A stretch of DNA of 64,000 nt from Nemertoderma westbladi (taxonomy: Eukaryota > Animalia > Xenacoelomorpha). Shown one piece after another: positions 11,555 to 23,626 of this stretch. Under the pieces are notes generated by a model. It made no database searches. It was not told the origin of the DNA and saw nothing but the letters and a program-made list of their open reading frames with translations. Each line of letters begins with the position of its first letter. Positions within the stretch are counted from its first letter, which is position 1. Location of the stretch: the NCBI GenBank assembly GCA_032718475.1, contig JAUCBJ010007186.1, positions 10,704 to 74,703 of the forward strand, in the 5' to 3' direction. The position numbers were made by a program, and so were the translations under genes.

Positions 11555-13746
11555 AATGTTTTATTTTACTTTTTTTACCGGGAGAAAAAGTAAAATCAAT
11601 GCAAAATTATGGCTCTATGGTACATCATTATGTGGCAATATTATTCAATATGATTGCAGGTTGCTGTGTTGCCGACTTTGCAAAAGCTGTGCCCAACAAA
11701 AAGTTACAATATTCAGATATTATGGGGACAACTTTTTCCCTATCAGTAGGGAAAAAAAGTAGGCCTACTACTTTTTCTCCCGATTTTAGGGCATATTCAA
11801 GCAAAAAGTCACAATATAAAAAAATATATAAGTTCTTTAAGCTCTGTACTTCGTTTTGTACGTCTACCATGATCATACCACCCCGCTGCACCCCTACCAG
11901 TAGCCTTTTTAAGTATAAGCCTTTTTAAACTAATACTGAATATGTTTTAAATATTATATTTCACAACACTCAGACACTAGGCCTACATCAGTTTATTTTT
12001 TTACACTAACAACTAACGCTAACAACTACTGAACTAGGCCAACTATGACTTCTGTCTGTATCTGACTATGCTGCTATGAAATTCAAATTTGGGGTAAAAC
12101 TCAAATTTAGAGAATTAACCTAACGTTGTATTAAATTTGAGGTAATTCCAAAATTGGGTCTATAATTTGAAATTTGAGGTATTCTCAAATTTGATGATCT
12201 CCCTGACTGACCGTAGTTTGTTTAGGCTTGATAGTAGTCTGTCAGTGTTCGGTCTGCATTTTGTTTGAGTAGTTTGTACGCGTAGCGTAATATTTATTAT
12301 TCAGAGTTTATGCGATTATTCGCAACATTCATTCCCCAAGTTTGTTCCTACAGTAATTGTGTTTGTTATACATACCGCTATAGTTAAATTAACCCCGGTA
12401 CTACACGGGCTGCTTGGCGTAGGTAAAGACTGGTGATTTTGTGCATCGGTCACTCCAGCAGATGCCGTGGTTCTTTTAGCTGTTCAAGTATATTTAACTA
12501 CTGATTATATGTTATTCAAGTACTCGTACCTAATTTAGGGTTTAGTGTACAGTGCTTTCCGAAAGTAATTAGTGTAGGCATTACATTTGTGGTGTAAAGT
12601 GGTTAATAGGCACGTTCGATTAGCTCTATTAACTTCTAGGTAGGAACACTCCGTGATACATAACGTAGTACCTATAGCGATACGGCTATAGGTCGTCAGG
12701 CGGTGGTATTTTCCTATCTGGACAACGCAGTGTACTTACTACTAAGTATTATTTTCAAATACCGTAGTACCCTGTCCGTTGTAATAACCAGATTTCTAAC
12801 CCTTTGTTAGGCTGGTTTGTAGACTTCTTGTAAAATTACCCTAAAAATTAATATTTTGTGTTTTTTGTAAATTTTTGTGTTTATTTAGAGATTGTAATCT
12901 CACCCGAATTGTACGTAATTTGTAGTATTAAGTAACTTAGGTAAATTAGAATTATTTGTTTTAGTGTCCTATAAGTAACACTTCACTGAAAGCGCACCGC
13001 TTTGTGTAGTGATTACTCCCCAGAAATAATAACATTTATTTCAAACATTGACAAAACCCATTAAAACGGGTATATATATATTATAAATCAAATCTAAAGA
13101 TTTATAAATAGTAGGCCTACCATACAACCATTAGGTCTCCATATCAGTTGGTCTACTGCTCAAATAGCGGTAATAAAGTAAGTAAAGTAACCAAGTAACC
13201 CTTAAAATTCAGAAATTCAATTATTCTAAAATAATTGACATACCGGTATTTACTATTTACAATAGGCTTATTATATTTATTTCTATAAATTTTAGGTTGA
13301 AATCATACCGGTATTCTGTAATTAATTCTAGTCTGTAATTATACTTATATATATACACTATAAGTGTAAACTGCATACCGGTATTTACGATAGGCCTATT
13401 ATCTTTATTTCTATAAATTTAGGCTGAAATTATACCGGTACTTGTAATTAATTCTAGTCCAGAATTATATATACTACAAACTGTAAGCTGTATACCGGTA
13501 TTCCGATAGGCCTATTATATATTTATATATATTTGTGCTAAAATTATACCGGTATTCTGTGATAAACCTAGTCTGTAATAATAGTTATATATACTATAAG
13601 CATACCGGTATTCTAATATATTATATATATCACGCTACACTGAGTAGCAGTACCGGTAATTAATTACTAGGCTAGCAGTTAATACTGAGTTACTAGACTT
13701 GCTCAGACTGTAATACAGCAGTAGACATTCAACTGTACACATAAGC

Positions 13747-16700
13747 ATGTCTGACGCAAAGCAGAACCTGTCAGACAGTCTACTAGATACAACCGAGAGC
13801 GAAGTGACAGCAGAGAAACCGCATAAGAGGGATGCCATTGACATCTATCTGTCAGACTATCAACGTTTTTTAGGTAATGACGAGTTGAGGAGAAGGTTAG
13901 AGGGACTTAGCCCTAATAGTGAAGGAACCAAGCTTGTGTTGGATGCCATCGATGTGGAAATGAGGGCTGCGAATCAGGCTAAATTTGATGATCAACTCCG
14001 CCTGACACGAGTCCAAGAAGAACAAGTAAAGAAAAAACGTATAGAAGACAGAAAGGCAGCGGCAGTAGCAGCAGCAGTGGCAGCTGCAGAAGCAGAAACA
14101 AAAGCGGCAGCGGCAGTGGCAGCGGCAGAGACAAAAGCGGCAGCGGCAGTGGCAGCGGCAGAGGCAAAAGCAGCAGTCTGGCAGTAGCAGCAGCAAAGGC
14201 AGAGGCCGAAGCGGAAAGAAAAGCGGCACTGGCAACAGCAGAGGCAGTAGCAGAAGCCGAACGGAGAGCGACTGAAGAAACCACCCAATTAGAATTTGAA
14301 AACATTCAGGAGAATCAAGACTGCATAAATAAACAGTTAACAGCTAGTAATATGCAGATGATGAATCGATCTACTCCCAAACGACAGGGATATACATCAT
14401 CTGAGGAAGGCGATACCACCGACACTGAAGGCGGAGGAAATCGATCCCGCCTAAGCAGACGTAAAAGAACATTCCACCGTCAGAAATTGCCTGATTTGCC
14501 TCCAGCTGTTAGAAGGCAACTAAATAACACCAACTTAGAGAGTACAGAACCCACAGACCAAATAATTACAATAGAAAGACTCCCTACTATAGTAGATGAG
14601 CCTGAAATAAGTAGGCCTGTTCTTGAAATCACCCCTTCGGTAATAGATACACCTGTGCTCCCTGAAGCTACCTATAAATTCCCTCTGCATAGCACTAAGC
14701 TACCTGTGCCCCGTAGAACTGCCCAGGAGACAGTTCAGGTCCTGGACCCCGAGCGAAATATTCCAAATTTGTCGCCCGTTGTCCCTCGTCTGCCCGCTAC
14801 GACGTTGGCGGATCCCGTTTCGGCGGTTGATTGGGTAGACGAGAGACGGCGGTGGATGGATATTCTCCTCGGAGAGATGAAGGAGAATCGGATACGCTCC
14901 TCCCAACAGGTCCGAGAGTTGGAAGGGACTGTCCAACATTTAAAGGGAACAGTGAGGGAAAGTAAGTTAGAGTTGCAAGAAGTGCAGCAAAATATCGCGC
15001 TAGAGCGCGATAAATTAGTAAATTTACAAAAGGGTATACCACCACCCCCTGTAACAATGTGTCAACCTGTTAGGTCTGAAGTATCGCATGCGCAAGGTGT
15101 GGAACCTACACGCATATATACTGCTAGCGAAATAGAAACTCCTATAGTGAACCCTATTAAGGGTAATTATAAACCTGTTGATAATGATATCTCATCTAGA
15201 CTTGATAATAATCCGAGAAACTTATATACCGATAATTCTCTATTCAATAATGCGATGGCTCAAGAAAGTTTTACACGCCAAATGGCTAGAACCGAAGCCC
15301 GACAAGCGGTAAAGGTTGGAGAGATCGTCAAGTTCAATGGAGATGAGATGAAATGGTTACCTTTTAATGAATATTACAAAGATAACATACAGAACTCTGT
15401 ACTATCTAATGGAGAGAAACTTAGATTCCTCATCGAGTGCTTGGAAGGATCTCCCAAGTTAATGGCGTTAAAGTTTATTGGACATCCAGACGGATTAAGA
15501 CAAGTTTGGGATACACTAAACATCAGGTATGGTAATAGGACTAACATAGCTAGGTATTTATATGCGAAATTAATGGCGCCCCGAAAGTTTCTTAGCAGCG
15601 GGATTATAGAGTTTTCCGATGAGATTCAGGAGATCTGTAGACAACTAGATTGGTTAGGTAAGTCTCATGAATACCAGAATTCTATGGTTGTAGGAGCCTT
15701 AGCATCTACTTTGCCCAAGGGTGGAGTAGGTACACGCTGGGACAAGAAGGTGTTATATATGATGGAACAACAACGACGAGACCCTACCATGACTGATCTC
15801 ATGTCATTCTTAGATAGAGAAGTGAAATTACAGCTCCTAAGGCAGTCCAGAGAGAAGACATTGGAAAACAAGGTAAGTGAGAAACCCGTTTCTAGGAGAA
15901 GGGTAACACCAGTATGTTATACCGACGACGGTGAAAGCCAAACTTCTCAAGGAGAGGACAGCGGGAAAGACACTGACAGATCTTATTATGTCAATAAAAT
16001 GCCTAAAGATCAGGTAAGTAAATCCGAGTCTCGACCCAATGACAGAAGGGAACCGGTACAAAAAACCCTTCCTACGTCTCCTAAAGGAATTCAGGTGAGA
16101 AAGCCCGAGGAAAGAACAAGTGTGCACCACATAGCACAGGTTAAAGTAAGTAACATCAAGCCGAAATGTGTGCTGTGCGACGGGCCCCACCGTTTAAATG
16201 CGTGTGATAAATTCCTGAGGAAATCACTAAAGGATAGACGTGAAGTCATGTGGGATAAGCGGTTGTGTTATAATTGCCTCAGACGAGGACACCAACGGCG
16301 AACCTGTTACTCCGACGCAAGGTGTGCAAAGTGCGGCGCAAAACATCATATCTTGTTGCACACGGAATTCGAACGAAACAGCCCGAGTCAGGTAAGTGAG
16401 TCCGAACTACATGTCCAATTCAGTGATGTGAACGACACTGATCAATCTGAGATGGAAGGATTCTATACGGACGAGTTCTCCGACGAAAACGAATCCTGTT
16501 ACTTAATAAACACCACCGCAGTGTATCGAGCACTCATGCATGAGAAAGACACAGACAGCGACCTTACCTTAACTACTTCCGATCAACAACCATCTTGGAA
16601 AGCGCCAACTTCCAATATAAGAATCCGAGAATTTCCTGTAGTCCAGTTACGGGTCCACGGACCTCAGAAGAGCTATATAGTGAACGCCCTCCTGGACTCC

Positions 16701-17913
16701 GGTAGCACAGGAACATTCATCGATAAAGAACTAGCCGAAGTCATCTTTGCTGGACAACCCAAGTTCCGAACCAAGCTAAACATGTCAGGGATCATGCAGG
16801 TTTGGAATTCTACTGTAGCTGCCGACTATTATATAGGTGAGTTGTCCACTCCACAGGATAAACTAGGAGAATACAGTATAAGGTCAGTAAAAATGGTGGC
16901 AATAAAGAACTTCGCTACCACCCAAGGGGAACCTTATAATTGGGACGAAGATGATCATGCCCAACAACTTAACATCCCTAGATTCGACACCGATTATCCT
17001 GGAGTACAAATATTAATCGGTCAAAACGCGCATGAGGCGCTGGAGACATTGGAGAAACAACCTGCTCAACCGCAACCACTTCAGACCTATGCGGTAAGAA
17101 CTAGAGTAGGTTGGTACCTTACTGGACCTTCCCGTAGAATGCTCAGGGAAAGACTGCTTCAAGATTGCGTCTGCCAGGTGAGTGAATGGGAAGACGATAC
17201 TAGTGAGGGAGACGAACCAACTGAGGGAACACCACACTCCTCAGATAATGACAATCTTAACTCCAATGTAGATCAATGGAGATATTGCCCCAAGACGATG
17301 AATACAACTGACATCGCTTCCAGAGGAGCAACTCCTCAAGAACTGACAGATACTACAGACCGGTTAGGTGAACCCGACTTCCTGAGTAAGGAGGATGAAT
17401 GGTCTCCCCATCTTACTCCGACTGAGATTAGACCAGCCAAGGGAGCGGAGAAAGTCAAACCTAAAACCCGGACGGGTGGATCGGAGTTATTTGAACCCGG
17501 GATAGATCTGTATTCTGTCTGTATTACATATTGCCAGGGACGACGCCGTGGATCTGGACCTCCCCACCGCGAGTGGATCCTTCATGAAGATCAGAGAGAG
17601 CGATTGGAGCTCTGGAACATCAGACGTCTCGCAGGGACTCTCACCTCTCCTGCAGGGAGCGACGGACCACTATAGCTCCTGGAATCAGCTTTGTAAGGCC
17701 GTCGTGTACTTAGAGCGATGTTTCTATCGTCACTATTCCAGGACGAAGAGGAAACCTGGAATTGTATTCGGGATGCAGCGACTCAATCACCCAGTCGGTC
17801 GTTTGTGCTTACCGGAAGGGAATGGAGGACTTTCCGGAAACTGTGGAAGGCAAGATTCTCTTCCCACGACCACCTCCCTAATCCTTCAAACATCTAGGGA
17901 CTCCATAACGTAA
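13747..17913 (+). pseudogene. BEL/Pao gag-protease of element A with residual pol fragments
   Basis: The 1107-aa ORF 14352-17675 has the Pao gag domain (KFNGDEMKW...EKLRFLIECL), three Cys/His knuckles and protease ALLDSGS. There is a frameshift in the Ala-rich tract near 14185. After about 17255 only scraps of the post-RNase H region and IN C-terminus remain. Confidence 0.9.
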
Positions 17914-19569
17914 CAACATATGGAGTGGGTGTGTGACTCTATTATTTTATATTATTTTATTATTTTTATATTTCTGTATGTATTACTATGTAATTTTATT
18001 ATAATCGTTTTCTTTAATTTTATTCAGTAGAATGTTATTTTAGCGATTATTTAGTAGATTAGTGCAATATATATTCGCGTTTATTATTTAATTACTTATA
18101 TTATATTTAGTGAGACGGCGAAGAAATAATTATTTTTCTCTTTCCTTACTGTCCGTATTATATTATAAATACGTAACTACAGTAAGATGAAATGTCCGTA
18201 CTTATTAAAGTACAATAAAGCCACTACTATATTTAAGTATTATTGGTAGGCAGAGTATTAGGAATGCAAAGTTCAGATCCTCGTGTCTCGGCTAAACCAA
18301 GCTCTGGGTAGACCTTGGAAACGACTTGCCTCTTCACACTGACATTGCTTCGTGCGATATTGCTCTCATACCGTATATTAAATAATACATATAGTAGCGT
18401 GATGTCCCTTTAACAGTAGCGTATAACGCAAAATAAATCTGTTAAACCCTTTGACCATCTGTAATTCTAGTCGATTAAGATATCGCGGCACCCACCGATA
18501 TACTTGAAAGACAAATTCTAGAATCAGTGGTTAACGTCCCCAGACAAGTTCTGGAATAAATCGGTGCCCATCTCAAATTTTAATTATTTAATATTTGCAA
18601 ATCTAATAAATCAAAATCTGTAAAATTCAGATCCTTCAACAATTCTAGTCAATTAAGATATCGTAGCATTTACCGATATTCTTAAAAAAGACAATTGTCA
18701 TAGAATTAAGGATCTTGTGTCCCTAGACATGTTCTAGAATCAAAATATGTCCATTTAATTATCAAATAATAAAATTTCAGGGAATAAATTTAAATTCATG
18801 CCTTTTAATGAATTTAATAAATTGCCATTTTTACGCAATTTATAAAGTTCCCAAAATTCCATTAATTAATAGATCAAGGGAGCGGAGATTTATCTTATCA
18901 TGCGTATGAGTGTGTGAAAGTCTCCCAAACATAGTCAATAGCCGATAAAATTCATAAAGTCATGTATAAGACAGAACATTGACTATTAAAGAATACTATT
19001 AAATAACATCCCAGATCTGTATGCATTGGAATTACCCTAATTCTACCGCTAGCTTTGCATAATGTCACCATAGCAACAACCACGCTAGAATTAGAATTGA
19101 GTTAAAAGAACAATAGAAAGCTTGTCCCATTGAATAGCATAGGGAATAAATAGCGCACTACTAGTATCCAAGGATACATAATAATACAGTGACATTCTGG
19201 AAGGCATTGACTAACGGACAAATGGCCCGAATGTGTGTAATTTGTGACAAGTTGTGTGTGTGGTATTTGTGAGTTTATAGGTGAATGTTACTGCTAAAGT
19301 GTGTTTACAGTAGCTAGTCGCAATCGTAAAAGTAACCTAACTCTCCAAGGAAAACCTGAAGTACATCTAAGCCTTTGGGACGGACAGTTGAGTGACTTGT
19401 GCCGGTTGTCGTTGTCGTTGTGCGGCTACGTCGTTGGCGAAAGTACAGCGGCGACGACACATCGGCGCTGAGGATCTCGTACTGTCCGGGGGTTGATTGG
19501 GGTAGGCAGCGACGCCCGCTCGCCTAAATATAAACTCATTATAATATGGATAAACTCATATATAGCAGA

Positions 19570-20844
19570 TATGACGGAGTTGATAGAAGATGGTCTTGGT
19601 ATCGGGGAGCGATATACTCTACTTTTACAAGCGTTTGTTGATAGCTTAATACGCGGCGACGTTAGCCCAACTGCTGCGGAGGACGATGGTCGTTATATCG
19701 AACCGCCAATGTCCCAAGAGCAGCTCGCGCGAGTTGGACTATAGAAAATTCGCTGCTCGATATACGCAGCGTAATGGTACGTATATGGGCTTCTTAACTA
19801 CTGATCATCCTATCGATTTACACAATACGGCTATATATCCTGCCCAGCGGAGTCGGAACCATAAATTGAAATTCGAATGCGAAAATTATATTCGAAATCG
19901 GCTCGAAAGAAAAGGCATTAAAGAAACAAATAAACGCGGTAACTCCAACATATATTTGGAATTCTTGATAGAAGCATTGTAACAACAAATAAATATCACC
20001 CGCGTTTACCCTACCAGACGTGCGTCTTTGGTATTATTACGATAAATGCCCTAGACCCAACTAATAAACGGAAAGACATAAACATCCACGTAAACCGAAA
20101 CTTGTTGACGTATCACCTATGCTCACTCGGCTCGAACGATCCTGGAGTAAACCTACGATCAGAGTCCCGGAATACTCGGTCAAACCTCCTCATTCCTTAG
20201 TTGGACCTCAGACCTGCGATCCTGGTGGTGTCGCGGATCCTCGCGGACTGTATTCACTGTTCAAAGATCTAGTGCTACCCTAACAATTAATCGGTAACAC
20301 TCCGACAGTGATTTCTAGCTAGCCGCCCATCTTACCTAGCCGGATTGTGACGCGGACACCTAATATCACTATCCAACCGTATGGTCGTCCCCGTTTAACG
20401 CGATACAACCCCTCATCAAGGTGAAGGAGAGCGTTGTACGAAACGAGTTAAACGCTATTCTATAAAGATCAAAAGGGAAACCTGCGTTTGTTCAGATAAA
20501 CGTAAGTTATAACAGTAAGTCCAATCGATAAACGAATTGGCCTTATCTCAATTCGATTGAGAAATCTCGAATCTCTAAGAAGATATCAAGCTTAGAAAAC
20601 CCTATTCTCTGCGAGAGTTTTTGATGAACGTATCCAGCTACGAGCGAAGGAAAATCAGCTCGAGGAGAAGCATATAGAAACGGCGGATACCCCGACCATA
20701 ATCCTACACCTTCTGATGCAATCATATTGCACCCTTCACCCATGATTTATAGCCCTCCTAGTAAAGTGGCTCGCCCTAAAGAGAAAAGGACTCTTGCTAG
20801 CCTCAAAAAACTGCGTAAACGCCGTCTGCGTAAGAAAGACTAAC
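19570..20844 (+). other. Broken extra ORF region of unknown function in the 3' part of element A
   Basis: MTELIEDGLGIGERY... through to a basic tail ending LRKRRLRKKD*; many stops and frameshifts; homologous to 44028-45358. Confidence 0.35.
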
Positions 20845-20921
20845 TGTTTAGAGTATCTTTATATTTTAGAAACTGTGATTTGTTATATTTTATAGACTTA
20901 AATCCCATTTTCTGGGAGCGG

Positions 20922-22168
20922 TGTAAAAGCTTTTGCGTAATTAGCCGGTTATTATCCCCGTAAAGTACTCTGTGGTTGGTTTACCAGGCATAAAAAGGCC
21001 GTGTCCTTGCTGTACTGGTGTTTTGGAGGACATAAAAGCCATTTCTTCTGTATTTGTACTTTAGAGGACATAATCTGTAATTTCGTGACGTAAAAGGCTC
21101 GATACTCTTGAAAACAGTGTCGCTACCATGACGACGGCTAACGGCTGATATTGCCACGTTGCAACTTTCTGTATCTGCCAATAGAATTTGAGTTAGCCTT
21201 GATTTTGACCTATCACAGAGCTACTGAACTGAAATTTTCCTATCTCACTGCTCTTTCTCTGTGTTGAACGGGAGCTTCGTGGAATAAGGGTAGCTGGTAT
21301 TCTTATAGTTATTCTTATCAGTGTTGTTGGTGATTCTAAGCCAGGAAGAACGGCTTTAGAGTATTTTGTGCTTTTCTGCTATAGCCCTACACTAGTAGGC
21401 TTAATTATAAGGACATATATCCGTTATCTGCATACTGCATACTGCAGTACTGCATACACTGCATACTGTGTAACACTGTGCATACTTTTATATTGTTATA
21501 CTGCTATTTACTGTCAGTTCTTCATAATATGGTTGATGAATTATTATATTTGGAATAACGACAAATAACCCCGAAAACCCAATATTCTTGATATACCGAA
21601 GGTAAGAGAGAAGGGTTACAGATAAATGATTGCGACCTATGTTGAGTGGTTTGAAGTGAATCTAATGTTATTTGATAGACCCTACATGATTCGGTCCGTG
21701 TTCCTTTTATATGTGACTAAAATCAGTGAAGATCGGCAGATCAGTGTGCAGTATTGTGCAGCATTGTGTATGAGTGAGACTGATAACGAAGCATTTCCTA
21801 AAGAATGCGCCATATATGTGAATTGTAACTAAGCCATATCGTTGTGAGTAGTTTAAGTCATAACTCTTTTTATATAGATAGAGCGCCACGTCCTAAAGGA
21901 ACTGTTAATATTTCCCGAAGGTGAATAATATTGTCAGAGATTATATAATACTGTCAGTCGAATAATACATTAGGCTTACATACAGTAGCAATACGATTAA
22001 GCTGTCGAAATCAATCTCCCGGGTATATCCAACGGGTGAATGATCGCGCACAGATTGGTTTCAACTAGTGTAGTGAATCAAATACTTGTTAGAGGCTAAA
22101 GCGATTTATTATCTAGAAGACATCCTAATTTGGCGGGTTAAACTGCCAAAGGTCTGAAAGCGCGAACA
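20922..22168 (+). repeat. 3' LTR of element A (1247 bp)
   Basis: Follows the PPT, ends GCGAACA and is followed by TSD ACCAG. Confidence 0.96.
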
Positions 22169-22173
22169 ACCAG

Positions 22174-23057
22174 CACTTAAACGACCCACTGCACCAACCA
22201 TTTACAGACTCAAATGACCCACGACTCTCCGAGTTACTGATGCTGGCTAACCAAATCGACTCAATGGATTGCAAAAATAACAACCTTCGCTGTCATACTT
22301 TTACTATTGATACTGCTAAGGCCATCTCTCATACATTTCGTGGCATTGTACATTTGATTCGCCATTGTCTCAACAATAGTTTTCAATATGTACTCCCCGG
22401 TCAGTTTGCCACCGATCCCCTGGAAAAGACGTTTGGACGGATCCGATAGTCAGCAGGCGGTACTTATTTCATATCTGCAGTCCAGGCAATGCAATATTAC
22501 TCTATACAAAAGACCAAATTAATAACTGCATTGGATCAAGATTTTCTAGATTTTCAATCAACTAGCGGAGCTCATAAATGTGATAACTGTGTTTTCATGC
22601 TAACCGAAGAGGACGCTGCAGTATTCGATTCCTTGTCAGCCCTTGAGGTTGACGAGTTGGCCTTCGACACAAAGTCTGCTTTGCTATATGTTGCTGGTTA
22701 TATACAGCGTTATATTCCCAACGATGATGACGATGACACATACTTTTATGCAATGCAGTTTGGCGGCTTTCTTGGTGAACTAAATCGAGGGAAATTGGTT
22801 ACACCATCCGATGCCTTTGTCCAGTTTACATTCTTTGCTTACATCATGTTTATTAGTTTAAACAAGCACAGGCTATGTCGTTTTAGTTTAACCAATATTT
22901 TTGAAACAATTGCGGATAGTTATTTCGCCCAAGTCGTGCCAAAGGCAGAAAGGAGTGCTGTACCAGACTGTGCAACATATTTCTTAATAATTACAGTGTA
23001 TTAGTCACCCCTACAAGCTCTAAGGAAACATCAATTAAAGCAATCAAGTTGTGCTAA
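22174..23057 (+). pseudogene. P transposase part 3 (catalytic E region and C-terminus)
   Basis: Continues in frame across the TSD (SEDQ|HLNDP). Contains YVLPGQFATDPLEKTFGRIR*SAGG, LLYVAGYI and LNRGKLVTPS. In-frame stop at 22447-22449. Confidence 0.88.
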
Positions 23058-23626
23058 TGATATGTTTTTCAATTAAAGCAATCAAGTTGTGCTAATGATA
23101 TGTTTTATTTATTGCCATACAGTAAAGTTAATTACGTTAAGTGTGAAGTTATCAGGCTAAGTATAAAGTAAAACCATAAGTGTAAAGTTATCACCCTAAA
23201 TTTAAAGTGCTGCTTAACAAAGAAAATTTATAATAAATTTTTATTCTAGGGATGGATGTGATTTTTAAATAAGACCAATTTCAATTAATTATAATCCAGC
23301 AGATTAACAGACAAACTGTAATCAATGACATAAAGTTTAATTAAAGTTTCATAACGTATGCATGCATCCTACGGAAAACGTATTTAATGCATAGTTATCA
23401 GGTTTTGTGATGATGACACCACCACTAATAGTTATAGGTAGGTTATTACAGGTCGGCCGCCAAGTCAGAATCGTACCTGCACGTTGGCTCGGCCTGTAAT
23501 ATACAGATATAGTAGGCTATGATCCACGGGTACGGATTTGTGATATTACGTACCAATACTGCAATACCGGTACTGACTGACTGACTTCTGGACATAGGCT
23601 AAATAATTACTAGCATCAGCTTGTTA

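Larger units (their letters stand above)
9611..12209. mobile_element. Non-autonomous TIR element with 5-bp TSD (hAT5-like) in the leader of element A
   Basis: TIR CAGTCAGGGAGATCATCAA/TTGATGATCTCCCTGACTG; TSD ACCGT at 9606-9610 and 12210-12214; subterminal AAATTTGAGG repeats. The equivalent site in element B (about 32885-32900) is empty. The superfamily call is tentative. Confidence 0.85.
7534..22168 (+). mobile_element. BEL/Pao LTR retrotransposon A, non-autonomous (gag-PR only)
   Basis: LTRs 7534-8767 and 20922-22168 (TGT...ACA); TSD ACCAG at 7529-7533 and 22169-22173; PPT GGGAGCGG at 20914-20921. RT, RNase H and IN are deleted relative to element B. Confidence 0.95.
3805..23521 (+). mobile_element. 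P-superfamily (THAP-transposase) DNA transposon, inflated by nested insertions
   Basis: Perfect 15-bp TIR CATAGCCTACTATAT/ATATAGTAGGCTATG, extending imperfectly to about 60 bp. 8-bp TSD ATCCACGG at 3797-3804 and 23522-23529. CAT...ATG ends. Confidence 0.93.

Noticed and set aside
19400-19495. Hammerhead ribozyme (GAAA and CTGAGGA nearby)
   Set aside because: Stem II and stem III pairings could not be formed.
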